From an uncultured Actinomycetes bacterium (GTDB taxonomy: Bacteria; Actinomycetota; UBA4738; JBBDTT01): a DNA stretch of 64,000 nt. The notes below the pieces were generated by a model. It worked only from the letters and a program-made list of their open reading frames with translations, was not told where the DNA came from and ran no database searches. Both the position numbers and the translations under genes were made by a program. Numbering within the stretch: position 1 is the first letter of the stretch; each line of letters opens with the position of its first letter. The stretch covers positions 480,001 through 544,000 of the forward strand of contig CAVUMN010000003.1 in NCBI GenBank assembly GCA_963742735.1. The letters run 5' to 3'. Shown here piece after piece: positions 55,708 through 63,999 of this stretch.

Positions 55708-55810
55708 GAAGGGTGCGCCGAGGGCGCGAGCAGAGAGTGTAGCGGCTGCCCTCGCGCTCCGACCAAGCGCCCGAATGGCCTGCCGCCGGACGGGTATGCA
55801 TCGATGGGCG

Positions 55811-56119
55811 ATGCTCGAGTATCAGGTGGAACGCAAGGACGGGGGCGACGTGGAGGTCGCCCTTCGCGGCGCGCTCGCCGACGAGGACTGGACGGATCGA
55901 CTGGAGGCCTACCTCCAGGAGCACTACATCAACGACGGCGTGACCCGGATCATCCTGAACCTGGCCGGCGTCGAGTGGGTGGATCTGGAGGGCGTGGCCA
56001 CCCTCGTCCGGCTCGCCCATCACGCCCGTGACCGAGGCAAGCGCCTGCTGGTCACCGAGGCGAGTGACCTGGTCCGGGGGAAGCTCGAGCGCACCGGCGT
56101 GCTGGAGTACCTGAGCTGA
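55811..56119 (+). CDS. STAS-domain anti-sigma factor antagonist-like protein
   Basis: VALRGAL, IILNLAGVEWVDLEGVATLV, LERTGV. Confidence 0.8.
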   Translation: MLEYQVERKDGGDVEVALRGALADEDWTDRLEAYLQEHYINDGVTRIILNLAGVEWVDLEGVATLVRLAHHARDRGKRLLVTEASDLVRGKLERTGVLEYLS

Positions 56120-56195
56120 GATCGTTGTCGCGGCCGGATCTCGCGCGTAGGGTTCGCCTCCCCTGAACCGATCAGAACGAAACGGAGCGCCCCTC

Positions 56196-57059
56196 GTGGC
56201 CCATCGCCGGATCCTCGCCCTCCTGCTCGGCGTGGCGCTGCTCACCTCCTCGTGCGGGCTGGTCCGCATCCGTGGGAGTGCGCCGTCGGCGTCGGCCGAG
56301 GCGTCCGGGCCAATCCCCGACCGGCCCGAGTGCGCGCCGAAGCCCGTGCGGCTCGTCTTCAAGTTCGACCCGGGCACCATCCAGGCCGACCGGGATCTCA
56401 TCCGCGACGCCATCACCAAGGCTCGCGGCTACTTCCCGCTCGAGTACCCGCGCGACGCTCGCTGGTCCTACCTGGATCAGCACTACGTGTGCTACCCGAA
56501 GCAGTACTGGGAGCCGGTGGTCACGACGTTCACCCCGGCCGACGACCGCCGGACCGCCGAGTACCGCCCTCGCCGCGGCATCCGGATCTATCTGGGAAGC
56601 GACGGCTGGCGGAACTCGCCGCCGGTCTACCGGACCGTGATCGCTTTCCACGAGGCGTATCACTGGTTCCAGGACCTCGCGTCGAAGAACCCCCATTCCA
56701 TCTCGGCCGGCCACGAACAACCCCTGTGGATGGTCGAGGGGTCGGCCGAGTGGGCGGGCTGGGACGCCGCCGTGCACTTCGGCTCCTTCCCGAGCATGGA
56801 CGAGGCCCGCAGGCTGGAGCACGGGGCGCTCAACACCGACCGCGACGATCTACCGACGTACGAGTTCCCGGACGGGGACATCTTCGGCGCCTACCCGCTG
56901 TTCTTCACGGCGGTGGACGAGCTGATGGCCGACCACGGCGGGCGCACGGCCATGCGCACCTTCTGGGAGTTCGACACCAGTGAGAGCTGGCGAGTGTTCT
57001 TCCAGGAAGCCTTCGGCCTCAGCGTGAAGAAGTTCTACGCGGCGTTCGCTGCGGGTTAG
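56196..57059 (+). CDS. Lipoprotein, putative gluzincin metallopeptidase
   Basis: LTSSC lipobox; HEAYH then W.VEG.AEW; F..AFG C-terminus. Confidence 0.75.
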   Translation: MAHRRILALLLGVALLTSSCGLVRIRGSAPSASAEASGPIPDRPECAPKPVRLVFKFDPGTIQADRDLIRDAITKARGYFPLEYPRDARWSYLDQHYVCYPKQYWEPVVTTFTPADDRRTAEYRPRRGIRIYLGSDGWRNSPPVYRTVIAFHEAYHWFQDLASKNPHSISAGHEQPLWMVEGSAEWAGWDAAVHFGSFPSMDEARRLEHGALNTDRDDLPTYEFPDGDIFGAYPLFFTAVDELMADHGGRTAMRTFWEFDTSESWRVFFQEAFGLSVKKFYAAFAAG

Positions 57060-57061
57060 CC

Positions 57062-58128
57062 GTGCGGATCCTGATCAGCTATCGGCGCGAGGACTCCGCC
57101 GGCCATGCCGGCCGGCTCTACGACGACCTGACGGAGCACTTCGGCCCGGGGCACGTCTTCATCGACATCGACACCATCCAGCCCGGCGCGGACTTCACCA
57201 AAGCCGTCGCCCAGGAGATGCAGAGGTCCGAGGTCGTCCTGGTGGTCGTCGGACCGCGGTGGCTCTCGGTCACGGACGAGAGCGGCCGGCGCCGGCTCGA
57301 CGACCCCGGCGACTACGTCCGGCTGGAGGTGGAAGGCGCCCTTGCTCGGGAGGACGTTCGGCTGATCCCGCTGCTCGTCCAGGGCGCTCCGATGCCCGCG
57401 GTCCGCGATCTCCCGGAGCCCCTGCATCCCTTCGCGTACCGGAACGCGCTCTCCATCTCCGAGGACCGATGGAGGTACGACGTGGGCCGGCTCGTCCAGG
57501 CGCTCGATCCCAAGACGGCCGTACCGGAGGATCGCTCGGCGCGGACGTCCCGGGGCCGGGGTCGCGCGCTGACGGCCGCCATCGTCGCCGGCGTGGTCCT
57601 GATCGGCGGGGCGGTCTACGCGCTCACGCGCGGCGACTCGCCCGGGACCCCACCGTCGTCGCAGAGTCCGGGGACCACGGCGCCCGGTACGGTCCGCCCG
57701 CCGACCGGCTTCTCGCCCTGATCCCCGAGCACATCCGGGGGTCCTGCCAGGAGGTGACCGAGCCGAACAATCGGCCGAGCGGCGCGCTGGCCACCTTCGA
57801 CTGCGGGAGCGGCGGAGCGTACGCGTCCTACAGCCTGTTCCCGACGTCCGCCGCCGTGGACGATCTCTATCTGGAGCGGGTGGTGAATTCGGGGGTCGCG
57901 AAGAACTCGGGGGCCTGCCTCGGCGACGACTGGCCTGGGGAGGAGGGCATCGAGGGCCACGATTCGGAGCAGGCCCGGCTGCTGTGTACGCAGGAAGCGG
58001 GGGAGGATCCGAACCTCACCTGGAAGCGCTCGGACCTGATGGTCTACGCCACCGCGGGGAGCGGCGGCACGCGGGAGGACCTGCTCGAGTTCTGGGAGCG
58101 CGCCGGACCGGTCGGGCCCGGCGAGTGA
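57062..58128 (+). CDS. TIR-domain membrane protein (TIR - TM - Cys-containing extracellular domain), apparent indel near 57700
   Basis: ILISYRREDS..AGRLYD.L, VFIDID.I.PG.DF, DYVRLEV; TM segment; second frame ADRLLALIP...C...C...C...C...FW. Confidence 0.82.
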
Positions 58129-58133
58129 GCGTC

Positions 58134-58176
58134 TGGCTGGGACGCCAGGATTCGAACCTGGACGAACCAGGACCAA
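58134..58176 (-). pseudogene. 3' half of a tRNA-Gln (from the anticodon loop to CCA)
   Basis: Minus strand reads TTG-GT-CCTGG-TTCGT-CCAGG-TTCGAAT-CCTGG-CGTCCCA-G-CCA; no matching 5' half found nearby. Confidence 0.85.
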
Positions 58177-58185
58177 GGATGCCGC

Positions 58186-58194
58186 TGCTATTCT
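58186..58194 (+). promoter_or_regulatory. Extended -10 box (TGC-TATTCT) for tRNA-Gln
   Basis: 12 nt upstream of tRNA position 1; lies inside a 7-bp inverted repeat CCAAGGA(58173-79)/TCCTTGG(58203-09). Confidence 0.55.
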
Positions 58195-58206
58195 GGAGAG
58201 GTTCCT

Positions 58207-58281
58207 TGGGACGTGGGGTAATTGGTAGCCCGACGGATTCTGGCTCCGTTAGTTCAGGTTCGAGTCCTGACGTCCCAGCCA
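58207..58281 (+). tRNA. tRNA-Gln (CTG), CCA encoded
   Basis: TGGGACG/CGTCCCA acceptor stem; ACGGA-TT-CTG-GC-TCCGT anticodon arm; TCAGG-TTCGAGT-CCTGA T arm. Confidence 0.97.
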
Positions 58282-58692
58282 TCTCTTCGCCCAGGTCCTG
58301 ATGCGGTGACAGTTCGCGCACACGACGTCGCATTGTGCGACTTCGGCCCTGATCTCCCGTAATGGCCGGCTCCCCTGAGCTTTGCTGATGTTGAATCTTT
58401 TTGTCTCCGGGTTCACATGATCGAAGTCCATGACGTAGGCGGGGTAGCGTCGTCCGCAGTCCGCGCACGGACGATCCTTCGCGCCCTCGAGGAATCGCCG
58501 GGCCGTCGCGCGAGACTGCCGATTTCGGGACAGGGCAGCTGATCGATACCGTTCCGCGTTCCGCGCATAGTGTTGTTTCGCGTAGGCGCTCTGACACTCC
58601 ACGCAATACGACTGCATTCCATCGGCGCGGCGACGGTTTCGGTTGAAGGACACGGGCGGCTTGGTCAGGCCGCATCCGGGACAACGCTTCAT
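58249..58692 (-). CDS. Zinc-finger HNH endonuclease; last 33 nt antisense to tRNA-Gln
   Basis: CPGC and CVEC N-terminal zinc finger; CADC...MDFDH...N...CDVVCANCHRIRT HNH core. Confidence 0.88.
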   Translation of the reverse strand: MKRCPGCGLTKPPVSFNRNRRRADGMQSYCVECQSAYAKQHYARNAERYRSAALSRNRQSRATARRFLEGAKDRPCADCGRRYPAYVMDFDHVNPETKRFNISKAQGSRPLREIRAEVAQCDVVCANCHRIRTWAKRWLGRQDSNLN

Positions 58693-58698
58693 CCGCGA

Positions 58699-58720
58699 AT
58701 CGTAGCGAGCGGGTGTGACA
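58699..58720 (-). promoter_or_regulatory. PafBC / RecA-NDp-type DNA-damage promoter, leaderless
   Basis: TGTCAC-N10-TACGAT, then 6 nt to ATG; same spacing as the TGTCGG-N10-TAnnnT consensus. Confidence 0.65.
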
Positions 58721-58817
58721 CGATCGGGCTGCGCAGGCTGTGACGCCCGATCGCACCATCTACTAAGGTTCGCGGCTGTTGCCCGGCAGGCCGATCCTCT
58801 GGGGAAGGAGAAAAACC

Positions 58818-59150
58818 GTGAACAAGGACGAGCTCGTGGCCGAGGTGGCCAAGCAGGCCGACGTCGCCAAGTCCGTTGCCGCGGCGGTGCTCGAGGCGCT
58901 CACCGACACGGTGAAGACCTCGGTCGCCAAGGGTCAGAAGGTGGCGCTGGTCGGTTTCGGAACGTTCGAGAAGCGCGTGCGCAACGCACGCACCGCGCGC
59001 AACCCGCGCACCGGGGAGACCATCAAGGTCGCGAAGACCAACGTGCCCGCGTTCAAGCCCGGCGCCGCGTTCAAGGAGAGCGTGGCCGGCTCGAAGAAGG
59101 CGGGAGCGAAGAAGCCCGCTGCCAAGAAGACCGCCGCCCGCAAGCGATAG
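58818..59150 (+). CDS. hup: HU family DNA-binding protein with short Lys/Ala-rich tail
   Basis: NKDELV, VGFGTFE, ARNPRTGE, PAFKPG; AAGGAG RBS. Confidence 0.95.
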   Translation: MNKDELVAEVAKQADVAKSVAAAVLEALTDTVKTSVAKGQKVALVGFGTFEKRVRNARTARNPRTGETIKVAKTNVPAFKPGAAFKESVAGSKKAGAKKPAAKKTAARKR

Positions 59151-59160
59151 ATCGCTCGAC

Positions 59161-59200
59161 CGAGGGCCCCGCCGCCGGCGACCGGCGCGCGGGGCCTTCG
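59161..59200. terminator. Long hairpin between convergent genes
   Basis: CGAGGGCCCCGCCGCCGG-cga-CCGGCGCGCGGGGCCTTCG. Confidence 0.7.
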
Positions 59201-59207
59201 TGCGTAG

Positions 59208-60119
59208 TCAGGCCAGGCCGTAGACGGCCGTCGCGGTGCCGCCGAGGATCGCGTCGACCTCCTCGGGGGTGAACGAGCCCTCGGGGGCGTCGGCGAAGAC
59301 CTTCACGAAGTCGTCGTCGGCGAGCGCCGCCCGGTAGTGGGGGGCGTCGGTGCCCCACATCACCCGGTGCGGGCCCACCACCTCGAGCACCTCGCGGACG
59401 TTGTCCCGGAACCGCTCGGGCGTGCGCTGGGCCCGAATCTGCCAGCCCGAGAGCTCGCAGACGACGTTCGGCTTCAGCGCGGCGACCGCGAGCACGTCCC
59501 GCCACTGGAGGTTGCCGGTGTGCCCGGCGATGATCGTGAGGTCGGGGAAGTCGGCCGCGACCGTGTCGAGCAGTCGGGGATCCGAGAAGTGCGAGTGCGC
59601 CGGGGTCGGGCTCGGGCCGGTGTGGAACAGCACCGGAACCCCCACCGCCCCGGCCGCCTCCAGGAACGGGTACACCACGGGGTCGTCCAGCCGGAACCCG
59701 CTCGAGGGATGGAGCTTGACCATCACCGCCCCCTCGTTCGTGAGCGCCTCCACACAGGCGTCGAGGGCGCCCGGGTGGCGAGGATCGGCCCCGAACCCCC
59801 ATCGGATGCGGTCGGGGTTCGCCGCCGCGAAGTCTCGATACCAGGCGTTCTGCTCACGCCACCCGACCGTCGGGGGCCCGAGGCGCTCCCACCCGCTCCA
59901 GTCGAACGGGAACGCCACGGCGACGTCGACGCCGGAGACGTCCATCGCGCCGAGCTGCATGGAGCCGTCGGTATCGAAGAACGAGGGGATCACCGTGTCC
60001 AGCAGCATCGACGCGTCGATCCCGGGAAGGGTGGCCGCGCCGACCCGCGCGACGCCCTCCCAGTATCCCGGGCCGAGCCATCCCTCCTGGACGACGTGGC
60101 AGTGGGCGTCGACGCGCAC
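59208..60119 (-). CDS. Amidohydrolase family 2 protein
   Basis: VDAHCH, KLHP, LFHTG, IAGHTG, MWGTD. Confidence 0.88.
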   Translation of the reverse strand: MRVDAHCHVVQEGWLGPGYWEGVARVGAATLPGIDASMLLDTVIPSFFDTDGSMQLGAMDVSGVDVAVAFPFDWSGWERLGPPTVGWREQNAWYRDFAAANPDRIRWGFGADPRHPGALDACVEALTNEGAVMVKLHPSSGFRLDDPVVYPFLEAAGAVGVPVLFHTGPSPTPAHSHFSDPRLLDTVAADFPDLTIIAGHTGNLQWRDVLAVAALKPNVVCELSGWQIRAQRTPERFRDNVREVLEVVGPHRVMWGTDAPHYRAALADDDFVKVFADAPEGSFTPEEVDAILGGTATAVYGLA

Positions 60120-60326
60120 TCAGAAGGTGACGATCGTCAGGCCGCGGGCGACCTTGGCGCCACCCTCTTCGGCGAGGTCGAATCGAACCCGCTGGCCGAT
60201 CCGAAGGCCCCGCAGTCCCGAGCGTTCGACCGAGATGGGGTCGATGCGCACCTCGGTGCGGTCGTCGAGGAGCAACGAGCCCTCGCGCGTCGCGTCGTCG
60301 AAGTGCTTGATCGTTCCCTGGGCCAT
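60120..60326 (-). CDS. Small cold-shock-like OB-fold protein
   Basis: QGTIKHFD..TREGSLLLDD...SGLRGLRIGQRVRF; typical neighbour of cofC. Confidence 0.75.
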   Translation of the reverse strand: MAQGTIKHFDDATREGSLLLDDRTEVRIDPISVERSGLRGLRIGQRVRFDLAEEGGAKVARGLTIVTF

Positions 60327-60351
60327 GTCCTCGTCCTCCGGCCGTCCCCGG

Positions 60352-61005
60352 TCAGCGGGCGGCCACCCGTAGTCTCGCCGCCAGGTCGAGCTCCCGGCAA
60401 GCCGAGGCGGTCCGGCCGTGGACGCCAGAGTCCATCAGGGCGAGCACGTCCTGTGGCCGGTCGAGGTCGAACGCCAGCGCGGGCTCCCGGACGACGGCCA
60501 CGGGCAGCCCGGCCTCCTCGGCCTCGCGAACGTGGCGATCGAACGACCGGGTCCCGAATCGCGCGCGGATCGCGTCCGGCGGACGCCGGAGGAGGACGTT
60601 GGTGCCCCCGTCGGAGTGCGAGGGCGCCGCGACGACCGGGCCCAGGGTCCGCAGCGCGCTCGCCAGCGCCTCCGGCGTGAGCAGCGGGAGGTCGGCGAGC
60701 ACCACGGCGAGCGCGCCGACGCCCTCGCCCAGGGCGCGCTCCTCCGCCTGGGCCACGGCGCCGGTGAGGGTCGGCTCGGGGGCCTCCTCGAGCATGGGCT
60801 CCGCGCCCCGCCGGGCGGCCACCTCCAGCGCCGCCTCGTCGGCGGAGATCACCCAGGTCGACCACCCCGGCGCCCGCAGCGCCGCGTCGAGTACGTCCTC
60901 GAGCATCGCCAGGCTGAGGACCCCGCGCTCGATCGGGGACAGGTCGTTCGCCAGGCGGGTCTTGGCGGCGTCGAACGGCTTCACCGGCACGGCGATCACG
61001 CGCAC
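60352..61005 (-). CDS. cofC: 2-phospho-L-lactate/PEP guanylyltransferase (F420 biosynthesis)
   Basis: VPVK...AKTRL, AMLEDV, ADLPLL, GGTN, FG..SF..H, DLD.P.D. Confidence 0.92.
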   Translation of the reverse strand: MRVIAVPVKPFDAAKTRLANDLSPIERGVLSLAMLEDVLDAALRAPGWSTWVISADEAALEVAARRGAEPMLEEAPEPTLTGAVAQAEERALGEGVGALAVVLADLPLLTPEALASALRTLGPVVAAPSHSDGGTNVLLRRPPDAIRARFGTRSFDRHVREAEEAGLPVAVVREPALAFDLDRPQDVLALMDSGVHGRTASACRELDLAARLRVAAR

Positions 61006-61062
61006 GTGGCCAGTATCCCGCGGGTCGCCCGGTCGCGGCGTCCGCCGCCGGTGTGGGAGGCT

Positions 61063-61767
61063 ATGGCCTCCCGAGATTCCAAGGAGAAGACGCTGGCCGA
61101 GCCGTGGTACCGGGCGGCCATCACGGTGCTCCGGCCCTCGATGGCGTTCTGGTTCAACTGGCACGCCGAGGGGGTCGAGCACGTCCCGCCGACGGGGCCG
61201 CTCCTCATCGCGTGCAACCACATCTCGGAGCTGGACCCCCTGTGCCAGGGCCTGTTCCTGGTCCGGGCAGGGCGCCGCCCGCGGTTCCTGGCGAAGTCCG
61301 ACCTCCTGAAGAAGTGGCTCCTGCGCAAGGTCCTCCTGGGGGCCAAGCAGATTCCCGTGTACCGGGGCACCGGGGATCGAGGACCCGTCGACGCGGCGGT
61401 GAAGGCGCTGCGCGAGGGGGAGTGCGTGGTCATCTACCCGGAAGCGACACTGACCAAGAACCCCGACTACAGCCCGATGCAGGGGAAGCACGGGATCGCC
61501 CGGATCGCGTTCGAGGCGGGCCTCCCCGTCCTGCCGCTGGCGGTGTGGGGCTCGCACAAGTTCATGCCTCGCCGCGGCGAGAAGAAGGACCGGACGTTCG
61601 GCCGCCCGATCATGGTCAAGGCGTCGTCACCGATCGACCTGTCCGAGTTCGCGGCCCGCGGACACGACGACCCTGAGGCCCTCCGCCAGGCGACGGACCG
61701 CGTCATGGACGAGCTGTCGCGGCTGGTCGCCGACCTCCGGGCCCGGTATCCGAAACGGTGGGCGTGA
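61063..61767 (+). CDS. plsC: 1-acyl-sn-glycerol-3-phosphate acyltransferase
   Basis: NHISELD, FLAK, IPVYR, IYPEAT; directly upstream of gpsA. Confidence 0.85.
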   Translation: MASRDSKEKTLAEPWYRAAITVLRPSMAFWFNWHAEGVEHVPPTGPLLIACNHISELDPLCQGLFLVRAGRRPRFLAKSDLLKKWLLRKVLLGAKQIPVYRGTGDRGPVDAAVKALREGECVVIYPEATLTKNPDYSPMQGKHGIARIAFEAGLPVLPLAVWGSHKFMPRRGEKKDRTFGRPIMVKASSPIDLSEFAARGHDDPEALRQATDRVMDELSRLVADLRARYPKRWA

Positions 61768-62795
61768 GCGAGCGAGTCGCCGTCGTCGGAGCGGGATCCT
61801 GGGGCACCGCCTTCGCGATGATCCCTGCCGAGAAGGGGATCGAGACCGTGATCTGGGCGCGGCGTGAGGCCGTGGCCAAGGAGATCACCGAGCAGCACAC
61901 GAACGCCGGCTACCTGGCCGGGTTCGACCTTCCTCCGTCCCTGCGCGGGACCCACGACCTGGAGGAGGCCATCACGGGCGCGACGGTCGTGGTCATGGCC
62001 ATCCCGTCCCACGCCTTCCGCGAGAACTTCCGCGACGTCGCCGGGTTCCTGGGTCCGGGCGTCCCCGTCGTCTCCCTGACCAAGGGGATCGAGCAGGACA
62101 CGCTCAAGCGCATGACCGAGGTGATGGCCGAGGAGGCCGCCGTGGATCCGCGCCACCTGGCCGTCGTCTCGGGCCCGAACCTCGCGAAGGAGGTGGCGTC
62201 GCGGATGCCCTCGGCCACGGTGGTGGGATGCGCGGACGCCGACGTGGCCGCCCGCCTCCAGACCGTGTTCATGGCGCCCTTCTTCCGCGTCTACACGAAC
62301 CCCGACGTGGTCGGCTGCGAGCTGTGCGGCGCCATGAAGAACGTGATCGCCATCGCCGCGGGGATCGCCGACGGGATGAACTTCGGCGACAACACGCGGG
62401 CGTCGCTCATCACCCGCGGGCTGGCGGAGCTGGCTCGGCTCGGATCGACGCTGGGGGGGAACCCGCTGACGTTCGCCGGCCTGGCGGGGATGGGGGACCT
62501 GGTCGCGACCTGCATCAGCAAGCTGTCCCGCAACCGCCACGTCGGTGAGGAGCTGGGGAAGGGTCGCTCGCTGGACGACATCACCAACGAGATGAACATG
62601 GTGGCCGAGGGGGTCAAGACGAGCCGCGCGGTGGTGGCCCTCGCCGAGCGTCAGGGGGTCGAGGTCCCGATCTCCGAGCACGTGGTCAAGGTGCTCTACG
62701 AGGGCGTGAGCCCCAGCGACATGGTGCTGTCCCTCATGCTCCGGTCGGCGAAGGCCGAGCTGCACGGCATCGAGTCGCCCCCGGGCGCGGGGTAG
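61764..62795 (+). CDS. gpsA: NAD(P)H-dependent glycerol-3-phosphate dehydrogenase
   Basis: GAGSWGTA, SGPNLA, KNVIAIA, GLAGMGDL, SRNR, VAEGV. Confidence 0.96.
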   Translation: MSERVAVVGAGSWGTAFAMIPAEKGIETVIWARREAVAKEITEQHTNAGYLAGFDLPPSLRGTHDLEEAITGATVVVMAIPSHAFRENFRDVAGFLGPGVPVVSLTKGIEQDTLKRMTEVMAEEAAVDPRHLAVVSGPNLAKEVASRMPSATVVGCADADVAARLQTVFMAPFFRVYTNPDVVGCELCGAMKNVIAIAAGIADGMNFGDNTRASLITRGLAELARLGSTLGGNPLTFAGLAGMGDLVATCISKLSRNRHVGEELGKGRSLDDITNEMNMVAEGVKTSRAVVALAERQGVEVPISEHVVKVLYEGVSPSDMVLSLMLRSAKAELHGIESPPGAG

Positions 62796-62805
62796 GGTTA
62801 GCCGG

Positions 62806-63846
62806 GTGGCCCGAGCCTCGACGAGGAGGCCGCAGACCGTGGAAGCCGAACGCATCTCCGCGGACGAACCGGCTCCGCGAGAGCCGGCCTTCGTCGACGT
62901 GCTGGCCGGACGGCGGGTGATCGAGCCCTACCTCGGGCGAACGCCCTTCTACGAGTCGCTGTCGCTCGGCAAGATGCTCGGCCTCAACCTGTACATCAAG
63001 TACGAGAACCATCAGCCGGTCGGCGCCTTCAAGGTCCGAGGGACGCTGAACAAGGTGCTCTCGCTCAGCCCGGAGGAGCGCCGCCGCGGCGTGGTCACGG
63101 CCTCGATGGGCAACCACGGCCAGGGCGTGTGCTACGCGGCGCGCCTCATGGACGCGAAGGCCGTCGTCGTCATGCCGGAGAAGGCCAACCCCGACAAGGT
63201 CGAGGCCATGCGCAACCTGGGCGGGGAGGTCCTGTTCGTCGGCGAGGACCTGGAGGCCGCGAACGACGAGGCGCGGCGCCTGGAGCGCGAGAAGGGCTAC
63301 GTGTACTTCCACGCCGCGAACGACCCCTGGATCATCGCCGGCCACGGGACCATCGGCCTGGAGATGCTCGAGGACGTGCCCGACCTGGACACGATCGTCG
63401 TCCCGATCGGCGCGGGAGGCCTGATCAGCGGGGTCGCTCTGGCGGCGAAGACGCTCAACCCGGGGATCGAGGTCATCGGGGTCCAGGCCAAGGAGGTCGC
63501 GCCCTACTACGACAGCCGCCAGGCCGGGCATCTGGTCGACGCGCTCAGCGCCAAGACCTTCGCCGAGGGACTCGCGGCGCGATTCCCGACCGTGCTTCCG
63601 TTCCAGATGATCGACCGCTACGTCGACGAGATCATCGTGGCCAGCGAGGAGGAGATGCGCCGGGGCATCGTGCTGCTCCTGGAGAAGACCCACAACCTGG
63701 CCGAGGGCGCCGGCGCCGCGGGCGTGGCGGGCGTCGTGCGCCTGCACGAGCGCCTGGCCGGCCGCAAGGTCGGGACGATCCTCACCGGCGGCAACCTGAA
63801 CCGGCACGTGCTGGAGCGAGCCCTTACGGACCCGCATACCTGGTAG
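62806..63846 (+). CDS. Threonine/serine dehydratase family PLP enzyme (no ACT domain)
   Basis: KYENHQPVGAFKVRG, SMGNHGQG, PIGAGGL, TGGN. Confidence 0.88.
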   Translation: MARASTRRPQTVEAERISADEPAPREPAFVDVLAGRRVIEPYLGRTPFYESLSLGKMLGLNLYIKYENHQPVGAFKVRGTLNKVLSLSPEERRRGVVTASMGNHGQGVCYAARLMDAKAVVVMPEKANPDKVEAMRNLGGEVLFVGEDLEAANDEARRLEREKGYVYFHAANDPWIIAGHGTIGLEMLEDVPDLDTIVVPIGAGGLISGVALAAKTLNPGIEVIGVQAKEVAPYYDSRQAGHLVDALSAKTFAEGLAARFPTVLPFQMIDRYVDEIIVASEEEMRRGIVLLLEKTHNLAEGAGAAGVAGVVRLHERLAGRKVGTILTGGNLNRHVLERALTDPHTW

Positions 63847-63867
63847 CCGAGGGCGCCGGCCCGGCCG

Positions 63868-63999
63868 CTAGGCCCAGAACTCGTCGGTCGTGTATTGGTC
63901 CTGTTCGTGGACCCAGACCTCGGTCACGCGCCCGTCTGTGAAGTGGATGACGTGCACGATGTTGCCCTCCCACGACGCGTCGCCCCGCTTCGCGGTCGC
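63868..63999 (-). CDS. SnoaL/NTF2-like protein, C-terminal part only (5' end outside window)
   Basis: ...ATAKRGDASWEGNIVHVIHFTDGRVTEVWVHEQDQYTTDEFWA-stop. Confidence 0.65.
   Translation of the reverse strand, partial: ATAKRGDASWEGNIVHVIHFTDGRVTEVWVHEQDQYTTDEFWA

Noticed and set aside
58134-58281. Fold-back read chimera explaining the inverted tRNA ends
   Set aside because: The two copies differ at several positions, including a compensatory base pair and a different anticodon stem, which a chimera would not create. Read-level confirmation is still advisable.
58134-58800. Intron-split or permuted tRNA-Gln
   Set aside because: No matching 5' half (TGGGACG...CCAGG) was found on the minus strand upstream, and there is no room for or sign of a group I core.
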